From NCBI GenBank assembly GCA_022605425.2, contig JAKIMF020000004.1:372001-436000 (forward strand): DNA of 64,000 nucleotides. Direction: 5' to 3'. The translations under genes and the position numbers were made by a program. Each line of letters starts with the position of its first letter. The stretch's first letter is position 1. Positions 1 to 12,196 of this stretch are shown one piece after another. Source of the DNA: Hamiltosporidium tvaerminnensis FI-OER-3-3 (Eukaryota; Fungi; Microsporidia). The notes below the pieces were generated by a model that saw nothing but the letters and a program-made list of their open reading frames with translations, was not told where the DNA came from and did no database searches.

Positions 1-1496
1 GTTTGTTTTAAACTCAATACTAAGCAAAAGCATGAACTCAAGCTGCCGGTCGAATTAATCGACATGTAATCACAAACAGACAATCAATATAAATTATACT
101 GGTATGTAAAGATCATTTTACTGAATTTATTCAATTTCAAACTCATAACAGCAAAATTGCAGTGGAGTAGCGTAAAAAATTTTGTATATATTTACCCTTT
201 TTTGGGCGCCTTCTATTTTGTAAAGACATAATGGCAGATAAATTGCCAAAAAAAACCATTAAAACCCATGTAAATTGCGCCACGATTTCAGGATGGTTTA
301 TGGGAAGCCCATATATTCTCAAAGCCAGGGCACCGTAGAACGTGCAAATCAAGGTGTTAAAATATGCTTTTTACCTGGTTGGAAGATAACACCAGCAAAA
401 AATGAGCAGAAAGTTTAAGTTTTATTCATATTTTAAAAATAGAGCTCATTATAGTGGAATAAACTGTACTACGTATAAGACCATGTTTGGAACAAATAAA
501 AGTTGATTCAAAAAGTTTTATACCGATAGTTTTTTTATAAAACCAATTCTGAAATGCTTGTGGTAATATCAATAGATTTAAACCGTGAAAGCAAAACGTC
601 TATGAAAAATAGATTATGTAAATTAAATAAATTTTCAACCCATCCAAAAACATGCATTACCAACAAAACAAAAAATACAAGGACAAATTTGAAAGACAAA
701 ATTTCAATTCCTTATATTATTGTTTTCTTTCCAAACGACGGGACCGTATCTGGGATTCTGACAAAAATAATTTCAAATCTTTCGAAGAAATCGCTGCAAG
801 GTGAAAAAGTCGAAATAATTACAAGTAAAAATAATAAAAATGAGGTATTGTCTATTTATAGTCTGTTAAATATTAGAATTCGATTTCTAAATCTTGTTCT
901 GATTTCCATAACAAAGAGAGAGAAAGAATTTTTCTAGATCCATCTCATCTTTCGATCTCTGGCCGTGAAAAACATGCAAATGAAGATATTAATAATATAG
1001 CAGGATTTATATTGGAAAAAAAATGAAAATCAGGTATATAAAAAATTTGGGAGATTTCAGCAAAAAAATCTTAAAATCGATCTGAAAAAAGGCATAAATT
1101 CCTCAATTCTGAATATAATGTCATTAAAGTGGTCAATACGGCGATAGTAAAAGTCTCAGATGTTAAAAAAGATAAAACCGATTCGAAGAATATTGTGGTG
1201 TTATTTCTGGGAATAACAGATTCCCTTTTCTATAAATTAGATACAAAATATTGAATCTTAAATCAACTTTACACAAAGAACCAATTTAAAATATCTTTTT
1301 CAAAGTTTACTTGTATCAATAAGTTACACAGGTTGAGATTTCCCTAAGAGAATATGTACAAATTTCCTCAAAAACCGGTCCAGAGTTATAGTCGATGTAA
1401 CTACAAATCCAAGTTTGCATCTGAATTATGCAGGTTTGTAAAAAAAAGTTATACAACTCATAATTTCAACAAAGTAGAAGCTGCTCCAATAAATAA
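1..1496 (+). pseudogene. Degraded KRBA2/SCAND3-type (Ginger-like) DDE integrase/transposase, 5' part outside the window
   Basis: Manual translation across stops and frameshifts gives VELIDM*SQTDNQYK..KDHFTEFIQ, FGAPSIL*RHNGR, VYGKPIYSQSQGTVERANQ, KNRAHYSGI..YKTMFG (1-490), VKVSDV..FYKLDTKY*ILNQLYTKNQF (1150-1290) and a decayed Cys-rich tail ending SCSNK* (~1496). This is the motif order of KRBA2/SCAND3 integrases. Confidence 0.8.
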
Positions 1497-4400
1497 GAAC
1501 ACTTGTATTAGACATATTTTTTAAATGTGTTTTTGTTTTGCTTATATATAACATATTTTTCGTGGTTTTTTTGCTTTAATAGTGGTTCTGGTTTTTTTTT
1601 AAAAAAATAAAAAATCTATTCGATTGCCCATTTCCTTTAGTCAAACCAAAAATATTTGAAAAGTTCAAATTGACCGTGGCATAATTTTTACAGCGATTCG
1701 TTTTAATGACAATTATTTTATTTATCCATGGCGTTTGAACGTAAGTTGCCTGAAATTTTCAGGTTTTTAAGGGTTTTAAATTTTTTATTTGTAACAATCC
1801 ATTTCATTTCGATAAAATTTTTATTGCGAAAAATAGACAATTGTTTAGCCTCAAGCTATCATATTGAAAAACAGGAAGGTTTTTATTAGAATGTATAGAT
1901 GAAAAAGCGAAATTGTTAAAATTCTATATCATTTTGTAGTTTAATGGTAGCTCTTTTACTACGACATAAATAAAGGATTTTTTTTAATTGCACACATCTA
2001 CCAAAATAAAGTTATAAGTTCAATGAGATTACTTAATGACTAATAATGCTCTTGCTCTGGAACAGCGAACTTCAAGGATCCAATAACGTGCTTTGTCGGT
2101 TTTGATACCAATTTTTGCAACAATTATGACTATAGGGATAAATAAATTCCTTTATCAATATATAACGTTGAAAGCGTTTCAGAGAAATCACAAAATATTA
2201 TTCACCTTGGATTGTGTTAATACGAGAAAAGCAAACAGTTCCATTAAATTGCATGTTCCATACATATAACTAAATAGAAACATTAATAAAACACTTTATA
2301 TCTTAAAAATCTTATTATTTCATAAATAAATTTCCAGTTTTTTAATATTATAGTGTTCATGAAAATTTCTTATGCGAAGTTGATAATATAAGCTTGAAAC
2401 TATAAGAATATAGCACCAATTTCTCTAAATTTGCGATTAAAATATATTGTTTTTATCATTTATTATATTGTATTCAGATATCAGGTATTTTTGTATAGAT
2501 TTTTTATCTAAAAATCCGTTTGAATCAATTTTCATTTAATACATATCATATATTTTGACAAATGCGGAATACTTAAATTATTTTCATAAAATTTACCGAG
2601 TTCTGGGTTTACAATAGATATTTGTTTATCATTATTCTTCAGTTTCCAATAGATACAAAAATTCCAAATTTTTTCACCTACGAAAATGAGTAGAGCTCAT
2701 TTAAAGAGTGAGGGACTTGCTTTCTCTTTTTTAATATACGCTGCTTGGGGTTGGTTGCAGTCGAAAAATATCTTTGATTAACCTAGAATTAGCAATATTA
2801 TTACTCACTATATATTTACCTAACCAGGTAGACTTCCAGCTCAGACGTATATGGAAAACTTGCATAGTTCACCTATTCCTCGAAATGTGAGGCATAATGA
2901 ATAATCTGCTTCATAGTATTCTTGGGTTTTAAAGGATTGGGTTTATTTGTATATCCTTTAAGCCAATTCTTCGGCCTGATTGAACAGAACTAGAGTATGA
3001 TACTCTGCAAGAAAATACCTATAAATCCTTCTTGTTTGAAAATCCAGTCACAAAAAATTACGAATGGCGTTATAAAATTTTTTTTTAGATTAATGAATCT
3101 TCTCCTCTGTATCCAGCTTCTTAGAGGGAACCGAAAATCAGTGTCGTTTTCTTTCCAATAATAATATAAAAAAAATTAATATACAAATTTCACTAAATCA
3201 TTGTCGAGAATTTTTTTTGTAATCTCTATAAATCGTAACAAGTATTAAAAGTCTAAAATTCTTTTTTAAGTTTATTCAAAGTAAATTTCAGGGATTTTGA
3301 ATAAAAGGCTTTAGTAATTTCTTTATCCTCGTCTAACATTAAATTCGAACTTTGATCGAAATTTGAGTTATTTGAACCTATAAAAGTACCAAAATCAATT
3401 TATAAAACCTAGAAAATGAACATCAAGTACTACAAAGTAAAATCTTAAAATCTTCTGTTATGCTAGATGCATCAAGGCCTTCATATTCCGTGAAGCTATC
3501 AAAGTGTCAAAATATCACTTTTTATTAGCTAAGCTGATTATGTAAATCACAGAGAGATATAAGTTACTTCAAAAAACTATGTAAGGTCTTCAAAAAATCG
3601 AATATGAAATCAAGGAGTAACTCGACTATTATGTGCTATTAAATTATATTTATATATAAGAAAGCATGAGATACATAAAAACACATTTGCAGGTGGAAAA
3701 ATAAAATTTGGTTAAATCCTCTAAATATACCCAAATATTAACAATTCAAAACAACCAATCAAAATGTAAGTTGAAAATGTTTGCAAAAAATTGCGCAACT
3801 ATTTGATATTGAATTTTATAAAAACAGCAACATAGTATGAGATTACATAAATTTAAATCTTTTATGGTTAATTTTTAAATTTGGCTTTTAATCTCGAAAT
3901 AAATTTGTTATATTTCGGTCTGAATCTAATAGATTTACTCATATTTTTTTAAAAAAATCTTTTATTCAATTCAATATATATTTATTGCTAGGCATTTTAC
4001 ATACCACTTTTTCTAAATCGAAATTATTCTTTATTACACGGTGTGTAAAACTTTATATGCAGTTTTTTTCTATTTATGATAGTTTTACATTAGTGAAATT
4101 ATTTATTACTAAATTTTACAAATTTGATTAGGTTTTGTAGAATTCTACGTTGTCAAAATAAATACTTAAATAAACAATTACAGAGCCTTCTCATCACAGC
4201 CCAACAATTTATTTACTATTTGATCAATATATTCCTTTTTATCAGATTTTAGTATTTTAGAGATGGTTTTTAAAGGCAATTTAATATGATTAATAGCATA
4301 TACATGGTTCTAAATCATATAATAGGCCTATAATCTACATAAAGCACAGGCGAATGATTAAGAATTTAAATCTCCTACAGAAATTCAACCTTAAAAAGGC

Positions 4401-5877
4401 ATAAATGTTAGAAAAATACCCACATAATCACAATAATACAGCTCTTTTAAACCATGTAGTTCCCATTTATACAGTCTTCTATAGTTGAAGATAATTGTAT
4501 AAAGCTTTTGTTTTAATTTAGAATTGAATATTTAAGCTGAAAAGACAAAATTTGATGTGTTTTTATGTTTATAAGAATGCAATTTATATTTTTATAGAAA
4601 TTGAAATTGGCAAGTTTCTTGGAGTTTTATTAGAAATTATTTTAACGACTAATACAACCAAAAGGATGTCATGATTTTTTGGTAGGCATATATAGGATGG
4701 ATATTTCTTATTTTGTAATGATTTATTTCTCTATAAATTGAATAAAAAAACGCCAATATGTACTTTCATACAATCATAAACCGGTTTTGATCCAGAAAAC
4801 CGGAAATATGATTTTAATCATCAAACAAGTAATATAATATTTTATAAAATTTTTATTAGCTGAATTTCCTTGGAATCCAGAAGTGAAATATAATTTGATG
4901 TAGCATTCGATTTGGAATAGAAAAAAATTTGATAATATTTTTATATTGATCTCCTTACATGCTGATGGAAACTATATTTATAATAGAAAGACATTCAATG
5001 ACCTTTTCAATGAAAATAAAATAAAATGTTGGCTTAGAGAAATAATTTAGACGCAAGAATCAAAGGAAAGTAGAAAATAGTTTATAATATTACCAAGTTC
5101 ATATAATTATATGATATGTAATTGATATTTCTAATAATAAAATGTTTTAGGCTATTCAAAAATATACAAATATATGATATTTCATAATAATTTCATTGCT
5201 TGTAAAGTTTGTTCTGCTTTTATATAAACCAGATGAACTGCGAAAAATGATAAAATAATTTGCTTATTTTGAGCAAAATCAAAATTTATGGCAATACCTT
5301 ACGGCTTGTACCTAGCCTGTAATCATTATCTGAAAATTTTGCTGGTATTTGAAAGAAAAACTAATTCGGCACTATCAAATTTTTAAACAGATTAATTCAT
5401 TCAAATATGTAGAATAATAGCAAATTCGATTTCCATAACGATAAAAAAATATTGAGATCATCAAATAAGAATATTAGAAGGTTTTTGTGGCTATTATAAC
5501 ACTAGAAAAAAGATTGGTTTCTAATTCCAATCACTATTAAACTATAATATAAAGAAAGTTTTAAAGGTTATTTTGACTTGTTAAAATTAATCATGTCTTT
5601 TATAAAAGAATATATCCAAACTATAAAGGTTTCAAATTGGTTCTTTATTATTTGAATCATCTTGATTTACTTCGTGCATTAGAAGAAATCAAGCGAAGAC
5701 AATACAATTTTATGAAAGCAAGTGCTATTATCTCGGGATATTTAATTTGATTCATGACGCTCTAAAAAACTATTTTTTTAGATACAAGTTCATTTTGAAA
5801 AACACAAGGTTATTAGTTTTTCGATAGAATTTTGGCTTCTCGAGTGCAAAAATAAAAATTTGAATCTTTTATATTAA

Positions 5878-8832
5878 CCCTTTGCACTCGTATGTCGCCG
5901 TATAGGCGACAAAGTATGTTTTAATGTTGCGCTTATATGTCGCCGTATAAGCGACATAATACATTTTACCATAAAAGTGAAATGCAATAATATATAATAT
6001 GCGTTTATCTTTTGCTCTTTGGTCTGCTGAGGAGATATTTATATGAAATTAAGTAAATAAATTTAATACAGAGCTGAAAAGGAATTAAATAGAAGGGAAA
6101 ACCAAACAAAAGTCCAATCACATTAGAAAAAAATCCCTTCTCTGTTCTTGTAAAAGAAATTTCGAGTCAAAATCAACAATGAGCACGGCCCCAGGATGAC
6201 AATAAAAAGGGATTAGTCTCTTCCTAGCTTGTGAACAAAGAGACTCGGCTTTTTTTTCCGTGCAGTAGTTAATTTTTAAAAACTTATAATTCGTTCGACT
6301 CATCATAACTTATATAAACTGAGTTTCTAGTCTTTGTTTACCTTATTCCATTGTTGTTTCTAATCTAGCCGCTTAGAGTGATTGTTTCTTTTTCCGTAAT
6401 TTTTTGTAAACATGCCCTAGCTAAGTCAGTATTTTCCGTGCTTCCGATCTATCTACATCGGCATAGTGTACGTTAATTTTTACTAAACTTTGGAATATTT
6501 TATACCGTTAAAATGTCGAAAAAGATTCACGTGGTGAGATTGTGAATGAGATAGACAGTAGCGATGATGAGTGTTTTATGGACTCATTTGGTGATAAAGA
6601 ATAATGCGATAAAAACAGTTTCACTAACTTCGTGGATGATAATGAAAACGAAGAAAATGATAATGACTTTAGTAGTGATAGTGATATCATAGTGAATAAA
6701 AGAAGTAGAACAATACCATTGCCATCAACTTCAAGCAGTGAAGAGGATGTAAGCGAAACCAGAGACAATCGGCCATGGAAGGATGTTACCATCGAAGATA
6801 ATCCACCAAAGAGGTTTGATTTTATTTCGTGTGTTACAAATGAAGGGCCACAGATCCATGTTGACTGCACTAAACCTCTAGATTTTTTTAAATTGTTCTT
6901 CACAGATGAACTTATTGAAAAAATAGTAACTGAGATAAATAGGTATGCACGAAATAAAATTACCCAAAAAAGACTCTCAAAAAGATCTACGTGGCACTCG
7001 TGGGTCGATGTTACCGTGGAGGAATTTCAGGCTTTCCTTGGAGTTGTGTTGAATGTGGGCACAATAACACTTGCAAATATCCAAGAATATTAGACCCAAA
7101 ATTTTAATGCTAAAATACCTTTTTTTGGTAATATCTTAAGGAGAGAAAGGTTTTTGCAAATATTCTGGATGCTCCATTTAAATAAAAATAATCCAAACGA
7201 CAAAAGCCTTCGAGCCCGAACTCAAAAAGTGCGAGATTATTTAGACTTCTTGGATGAGCGGTTCAAGGAACATTTTGTTCCATCTCGAGAAATATCTGTG
7301 GACGAGTCGGTAGTCGGATTCAAAGGAAAAATAAGTTTCTTGACATACAATCCCAATAAACCCACCAAATGGGGAATAAGGATGTATGTCATGGCAGATG
7401 CAAACACTGGGTATGTTTATTCTATTTTGCCGTATTATTGCAGCTTGACCTCAGAAGATTTGATACGACCCGATCTTCCAGTAAGCACTAGAATTGTACT
7501 AGAATTATGCAATAAATTACTAGATAGTAATCCTGGAAATACGGGATACGATATTTTTACTGACAGGTATTACACAAGCTTGCCACTTGCTCAGGAACTT
7601 TTGAAGCTAAATATTCATTTTACGGGCACAATACAGAGTAACAGGAAGTTTCTACCTGATTCCATAAAAAAAACCAAGATTTTCTGAAAATAATACGTTT
7701 GCGTGTCGGTCAGGAAATATATTATTATCAGCATGGAAAGATAAAAGAATTGTCCTCGCATTATCCAGCTGGGATGTTTCGGGAACTGAACCGGTAAATC
7801 GTCGAGTACGAGGAGGCAACATCCAAGTCATACACAAACCACATATTATTGTAAATTATAATAAATACATGGGAGGCGTAGATCGGGCTGATTCCTATGC
7901 AACATCCTATTGCTTTCTTAGGAAATCACTGAAGTGGTGGCGCAAATTATTTTTCTGGGGATTGGAGGCATCTAGCGTAAACGCGTATTTACTTTATAAA
8001 ATTGTCCAAACTCGTCAAAACAAAAGACCTATAAATCACCTCAAATTCGTAAGGGAAATTGTAGACAAATTGACTCAAAATTATAGAGAGGGGTCTAAGA
8101 CCTATGGAAGACCTTCCACAACAGACAAATAAGAACGTTTGAACGGAAAATTACACATCATGCGTCAAAATGAAGGGAAAAAGGACTGCTTGGTGTGCTC
8201 CAATCGTAAAGTGCCAGGTGGAAGGCATGAAACCAGTTACATTTGCAGCACATGCACTCGCAAACCAGGACTTCACATAGGTGACTGTTTTGAACGGTAC
8301 CACACATTACAGAATTATAAACTATAATGTTTAATTTTTTGAAATAGTTTACTCATGTTTATTTAGCTTTAAGTAATAAATAGATGTATTTGGATAGGCA
8401 TTACTATATAAAGATTTTACCGACACACAATATTTTATGTTTGTATCTATATTTTTAGATTATTTTTTTTCAAACAAATTTCACATTCATTATCTTTTTT
8501 TTTACATGTCGGTTTCTCATTATTTTTGTATTAACTAAATTATTTTTTCATTTTTTTATAGTTCTTAAAAAAAAGTTATTCTAATACATACAGTACAGAC
8601 TCTTACTTTTCCTGGCCAACCTCTATAGCCTAATATAAAAAAAAAATAATTATATATTTTTTTAGTGAATATATATGTTTTATTGAAGTGTATTACTATA
8701 AAAATATTTTTGTTTATAGAATGTAAAAAAAAAATAAAATAAAAAAAGAAATCCGAGTTGATACGTAACTTACCTAAATATTAATACGAGTATGGTGTAA
8801 TACAAGCGCCATCAATATACGAGTGCAAAGGG
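5878..8832 (+). mobile_element. Complete piggyBac DNA transposon (inactivated)
   Basis: Perfect 16-bp TIRs CCCTTTGCACTCGTAT (5878-5893) and ATACGAGTGCAAAGGG (8817-8832), flanked by TTAA at 5874-5877 and 8833-8836. Encloses transposase fragments. Confidence 0.97.
6513..8327 (+). pseudogene. piggyBac (PGBD4-like) transposase pseudogene
   Basis: Acidic N-terminus, then SVDESVVGFKG, PNKPTKWGI, FTDRYYTS, YNKYMGGVDRAD, KWWRKLFFW and a C-terminal Cys-rich domain (CLVC..CSTC..CFERYH). Broken by a frameshift near 6525, stops at ~6602, 7091 and 8130, and a frameshift near the A-run at ~7670. Confidence 0.93.
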
Positions 8833-9532
8833 TTAAATTACATATTCAATTTCATCTAACTAAAACTGTTTATTTTATTAAATTTGTTTAATTTACCTGT
8901 AAATATTGTCGTAAAAAACAAATGTTTTTAGAGTAAAATTATGTCTACTTCATCAAACAAATATTGTCGAAAAAACTTTTATGACAAATTCAGTTGAACT
9001 AACTTTTGATAGAAATAGTAAAATGAAGTTGCCAATAGTTTGTGAAAATACACAGGTATGGCTATGTATCATAAAGCCCAGCGAATAGTAAATATTAATA
9101 TAACCCCTTATCATGGTTCAAAATGGTCAATAACAATCAGGAAATAACATATCCATATCCTGTAGAAATTTGAATTACATGTATTTTAAATAAAAAAAAC
9201 TATATTATTGGTTTATTTAGCACCATTTTTGTTTGCTATATTCATTTTATATATTGTGTGGGGAATTATAAAAATTGTTAGAATTTATTGCTTTAAATTC
9301 GAAAACAAATAAATCAAAAGATATTTTTTCAAAATGTATAAATGACCATCTTATCGCAAAGGCATGATTTTTGGTTTATTTTTTAAAAGTATAAATTTAT
9401 TTATTGCATTAGACAGACAGCCTAACCATCGAAACAAGAATGTCTTTGGAACACCTATAAATCGTGAAGCTATGATTCATCGTTGATTGAGTTTCATCCG
9501 TATGGAATGAGCGAGGTATTAAAAAAAATCAT

Positions 9533-11899
9533 TCAAGGAAAACTGAACATAAATTCAGAATCGAGGTGCTCGTTTATTTCATTAGATCTATTTTCACGAT
9601 TAGGTTCCTTTAAAATAAACTCGGTGGTTAAAAAATACTTTCTTTTTATATTTTTAATAGTCATAAAATCGATCTTCTCAGAAGAGATAGATAAGCTCAT
9701 TAAATTTTTGAAAGAACTTAATATTCGAATATCATCAGATGTGATTTCCCTGACGGATATATTCATTACAATGACCGTATTAAATAATGCAGAATTAGAA
9801 AAAAGTTTTTTCAAATCAATATTGTTAATTTTGCCAAAAGATTCGATTTTAACAACTTTCAGTTTGATCATTTTGCAGAATAAAACATAATCAATTTCTG
9901 TTAGTTCACATGGATTAAGCGATATTGATTCTAGTTCGACCAAATCATATGCTTCTGATAAAAAAAACAAGCAATTTTTCATATATAATAGACTCGTCCA
10001 TGCTATTATTTCCAATTTTTTTAAAAATATTTTTTTGGATATATTTTTTTTAACAAATTTAAAGTTGTGTTTTGAAAACCGGGGATATAAGTTTTCCAAC
10101 ATCATTCCTGTATTATATATTTTCAAATTAGAAACCGATCTAAATTTAGCCAGATATATCATAAACTTTGATTTAATGAAGGATTTTGAATTTGTAAAAC
10201 CGAAAAATTTTAAATTGAAATTTAGAACACTGCTTTTTGTGAAAAATTCATCATTAAACGCATATTCGAAATCTATGATTTCAACAAAAAGCAATGTAGT
10301 TGATTCTAAAATATACATCAATAATTCATTGCTCAATTTAATATTTTTTATACAAAACTTTTTTAATGTTTTGCAATATCTTAAGGAGTTGAAAATAGAA
10401 TCATCGAGTATTATTGGTTTGTAATAATTATTTAAATGAATTTGTATTTCTCTTGCATTTAAAATCTCCAAAAATAATATATTATAAAGAAAATTTAACT
10501 TATTTTGAGTTATGTAATAAAAAGCATTGTATATAAATGGCATATAATGAGAAGAAAAGGGCTTTAAAATATTTTCTTTCTTAATGAGATCCGATAAGAA
10601 TATCAGATTTTTTGGGAAAAACTTCAAGCTGTTAGAAATGGTATTTTCGGATATGTAGAAGAAAGACACAACTTTAATAGATTTGTATGAATTATCCCTA
10701 CAATAGCTTATCAGAAATTTCAGGGTGCCAAAATCGATTTCGTGTGTTTTGATTGTAATTTTGTTAACATTATCATACAAAGATAATATCTGCTTTAATT
10801 CATTCAAATTAAAATTAAAATTAAATTTTAACACATTTAAGTTTTTTAAAAACAGATGATATCTCATCTTTAAAAGAATTATTGTCGCATTTTTAAATGA
10901 ATGAAAGTAAAATTTTTCTGTATAAAATTTTACACCAAACAAAAGTTTAAAAATTATTTCAAAGGATTCTTCTAAATCAAACACGAAGTAAACAAGATCT
11001 AGCCGTATGATTTTAAATAGAAAAATCCATGTATTCTTTAAATTGTATGAAACCATAAATTTAGACAACTTCTTCACATTATGATCATTTAATCTTAAAT
11101 ATATTTTATTTTTTTGAATTTTTTTCATACAATTTTCGTAAAGACTACAAGAATCTTTTTTAAAACTCACTTTATTACAATCAGTTATAACAATATAAGA
11201 CTTTGTTATTTTTTCATCGAAATATATAAATTCCATAAAGAAAACTATTAGATCTCTCAATATTGATCTTTTAATGTGATTGTATACAACGTTATAGTAG
11301 TCTCTCTTAAAATCAAAATGGAAAATATTTATTCCGTATAAAAGGCTTCTTAGCAGATCTTTGATAAATTCCTTCCGCTGCTTTGATTTTTTAATCTCCA
11401 ACATAGTAATAATTGTTAATATATCTATAAAAGCTCTAATATTGATTTGATTTATTAAAGCATCGAAATTATCCAATAATTTTAGAAAAAGAAGAAAATT
11501 ATCATAAAAAACATCATTTATAAATACTCTTATGTTCTTTTCTCTGGAATCAAATAAAGCTTTTAAAAGTGCAGAATTTAAAAACATACCATGGCTATAT
11601 GTTAGTGTTAAAGTATGAGGTATATAATAACTTGTTATGTCGAATTTAGATTCATGACGTAATATGTTGTTTTTAAAGATTGTAATCTCGTTATTTTTGT
11701 CAAAATATTCTATATTTTCGTCTAAAAACATCATATCGATTGTAATATCGGTATTTATTAAATTTTTTACTCTATTTTCTTCATTAATGATGTAAAAAGT
11801 TACAGATGTTAAAGATGATGTCAGTATATATGTTGTAATAAGAAGTGAAATCGATAACATTTTTTTACTTCGAAATATTTGTCTAACTGTAAAATACAT
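9533..11899 (-). CDS. Lineage-specific LRR-like protein (788 aa) with hydrophobic N-terminus and BTB-like segment
   Basis: Long intact ORF in very AT-rich DNA. Hydrophobic LSISLLITTYILTSSL near the start; LxxLxI repeats in the C-half (LKKFCIKNI, LKKLEII, LSSFKNLMSLSI). Confidence 0.8.
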   Translation of the reverse strand: MYFTVRQIFRSKKMLSISLLITTYILTSSLTSVTFYIINEENRVKNLINTDITIDMMFLDENIEYFDKNNEITIFKNNILRHESKFDITSYYIPHTLTLTYSHGMFLNSALLKALFDSREKNIRVFINDVFYDNFLLFLKLLDNFDALINQINIRAFIDILTIITMLEIKKSKQRKEFIKDLLRSLLYGINIFHFDFKRDYYNVVYNHIKRSILRDLIVFFMEFIYFDEKITKSYIVITDCNKVSFKKDSCSLYENCMKKIQKNKIYLRLNDHNVKKLSKFMVSYNLKNTWIFLFKIIRLDLVYFVFDLEESFEIIFKLLFGVKFYTEKFYFHSFKNATIILLKMRYHLFLKNLNVLKFNFNFNLNELKQILSLYDNVNKITIKTHEIDFGTLKFLISYCRDNSYKSIKVVSFFYISENTISNSLKFFPKNLIFLSDLIKKENILKPFSSHYMPFIYNAFYYITQNKLNFLYNILFLEILNAREIQIHLNNYYKPIILDDSIFNSLRYCKTLKKFCIKNIKLSNELLMYILESTTLLFVEIIDFEYAFNDEFFTKSSVLNFNLKFFGFTNSKSFIKSKFMIYLAKFRSVSNLKIYNTGMMLENLYPRFSKHNFKFVKKNISKKIFLKKLEIIAWTSLLYMKNCLFFLSEAYDLVELESISLNPCELTEIDYVLFCKMIKLKVVKIESFGKINNIDLKKLFSNSALFNTVIVMNISVREITSDDIRILSSFKNLMSLSISSEKIDFMTIKNIKRKYFLTTEFILKEPNRENRSNEINEHLDSEFMFSFP

Positions 11900-12196
11900 A
11901 TACCTTGTATATATTTTTAATTTATATTATTTAAAAAAATATTTTTATGAACAGATTTTAATTAACCGAAAAAAAATCTATTTTATAATTTATTTAATCC
12001 TGATAAAATAGAAAATAATATTCCATTGTGCGAGACCGCTTTATAATCGATTTAAAAGATAAAACCCACTGTGAATTGTTTATCATGTTTCAGAATATGT
12101 TGAAAATCTTTAGTTTCGATTTGATTTAATAACTTTTTATATGTATTTCTAAATTTATAATAATGGTTATGACAGATAAAACAATAAATTATATAA

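Noticed and set aside
554-937. 127-aa ORF as an independent gene
   Set aside because: Lies within the linker region of the integrase relic and has no motif.
9483-10424. Antisense ORFs overlapping real genes or elements (9483, 10035, 16427, 19506, 23526, 27452-28961, 48993, 57759, 61784, 63699, 6508)
   Set aside because: Shadow frames on the opposite strand of longer, motif-bearing coding sequences.
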